A DNA stretch of 64,000 nucleotides from Nitrospirales bacterium (GTDB lineage: Bacteria > Nitrospirota > Nitrospiria > Nitrospirales > UBA8639). The stretch covers positions 3,584,001 through 3,648,000 of the forward strand of contig OY820905.2 of NCBI GenBank assembly GCA_963555755.3, given 5' to 3'. A program made the translations under genes and the position numbers. The number at the start of each line of letters is the position of its first letter. The first letter of the stretch is position 1. Under the pieces are notes generated by a model. It did no database searches. It was not told where the DNA came from and was given only the letters and a program-made list of their open reading frames with translations. Shown here piece after piece: positions 63,452 to 64,000 of this stretch.

Positions 63452-63874
63452 TTACGAAGAAGTGGTCGCTGTGGGTTCGGATGTTGACGGCATGCAGCGA
63501 GCCCGAAGGCGAATGGTCCGAGGTTTGGCGGTGAATTCGTCTAACCGCTTTCGATCGGCATCTCGAATCGTGGTGAAACGAATTGACGTGATAAATTTGC
63601 GAGATGATGACTCGGTATGCGTGACCATGCCCTTGAGCGCAATAGCGGTCATGGGTGGGAGAAGCAGGCGAAGTTCTAAGGGTGTTCCAGGTTGAAGGTC
63701 TTGCTCGGTTTCAAATTGAAGCCCAAAAGGATGGATTTTCAGATTGGTGAGTTTGAGCCGATGCACGGCGGGTTCATGTTGTGGCCAAAAACTGAGCCAC
63801 AGCCGCGCGGCTGAGCTTGCCTTCATCCAAATTGGCGTTTCGTGTCGTGAAGGCCGGTTTTTGGTTGAGGCCAA
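63452..63874 (-). CDS. PilZ-like domain protein (start uncertain)
   Basis: GLQF..LQPG..LELRL..GMV..IRF..DRKRL. Confidence 0.6.
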   Translation of the reverse strand: MASTKNRPSRHETPIWMKASSAARLWLSFWPQHEPAVHRLKLTNLKIHPFGLQFETEQDLQPGTPLELRLLLPPMTAIALKGMVTHTESSSRKFITSIRFTTIRDADRKRLDEFTAKPRTIRLRARCMPSTSEPTATTSS

Positions 63875-64000
63875 GGTGCAGGCTCTCTACAATGGTGAAT
63901 GAAACAGTAGATACGAACTGATTGCTTTTTCGGGATTTGGGTTGGGGATCTTAAGGGTTCGCGCAAGAATAACTTCCCCTGTTTGGGCGTCGATTCATCC

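Overview
Bacterial chromosomal segment, probably Nitrospirota-like (inferred from gene content and the ilvB-ilvN-ilvC-psd-pssA-leuA-leuB-asd order). The housekeeping backbone (ymdB-rny-zapA-zapB-slt; bioF; ilv/leu/asd; spoIID-queA; SurA_N) carries many mobile elements: an ISAs1 element and two near-identical IS4 copies, all with an N-terminal DUF4338 domain fused to the transposase; an IS1595; an IS110; a decayed class C-like group II intron; and at least seven families of short non-autonomous repeats, often nested. Highlights: (1) a structured repeat without terminal inverted repeats ('H') shows compensatory base changes, always lies in the same orientation, and separates integron-cassette-like genes (FRG, VOC x2, BrnA, HicBA, HigBA); both the intron and an IS4 inserted into H copies. 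(2) The IS110 bridge-RNA target and donor guides can be matched by eye to its insertion site and circle junction. (3) DUF4338-transposase fusions occur in two unrelated IS families, one apparently gated by a -1 frameshift. (4) A 746-bp composite MITE moved as a unit. All family assignments come from motif recognition; no searches were run.
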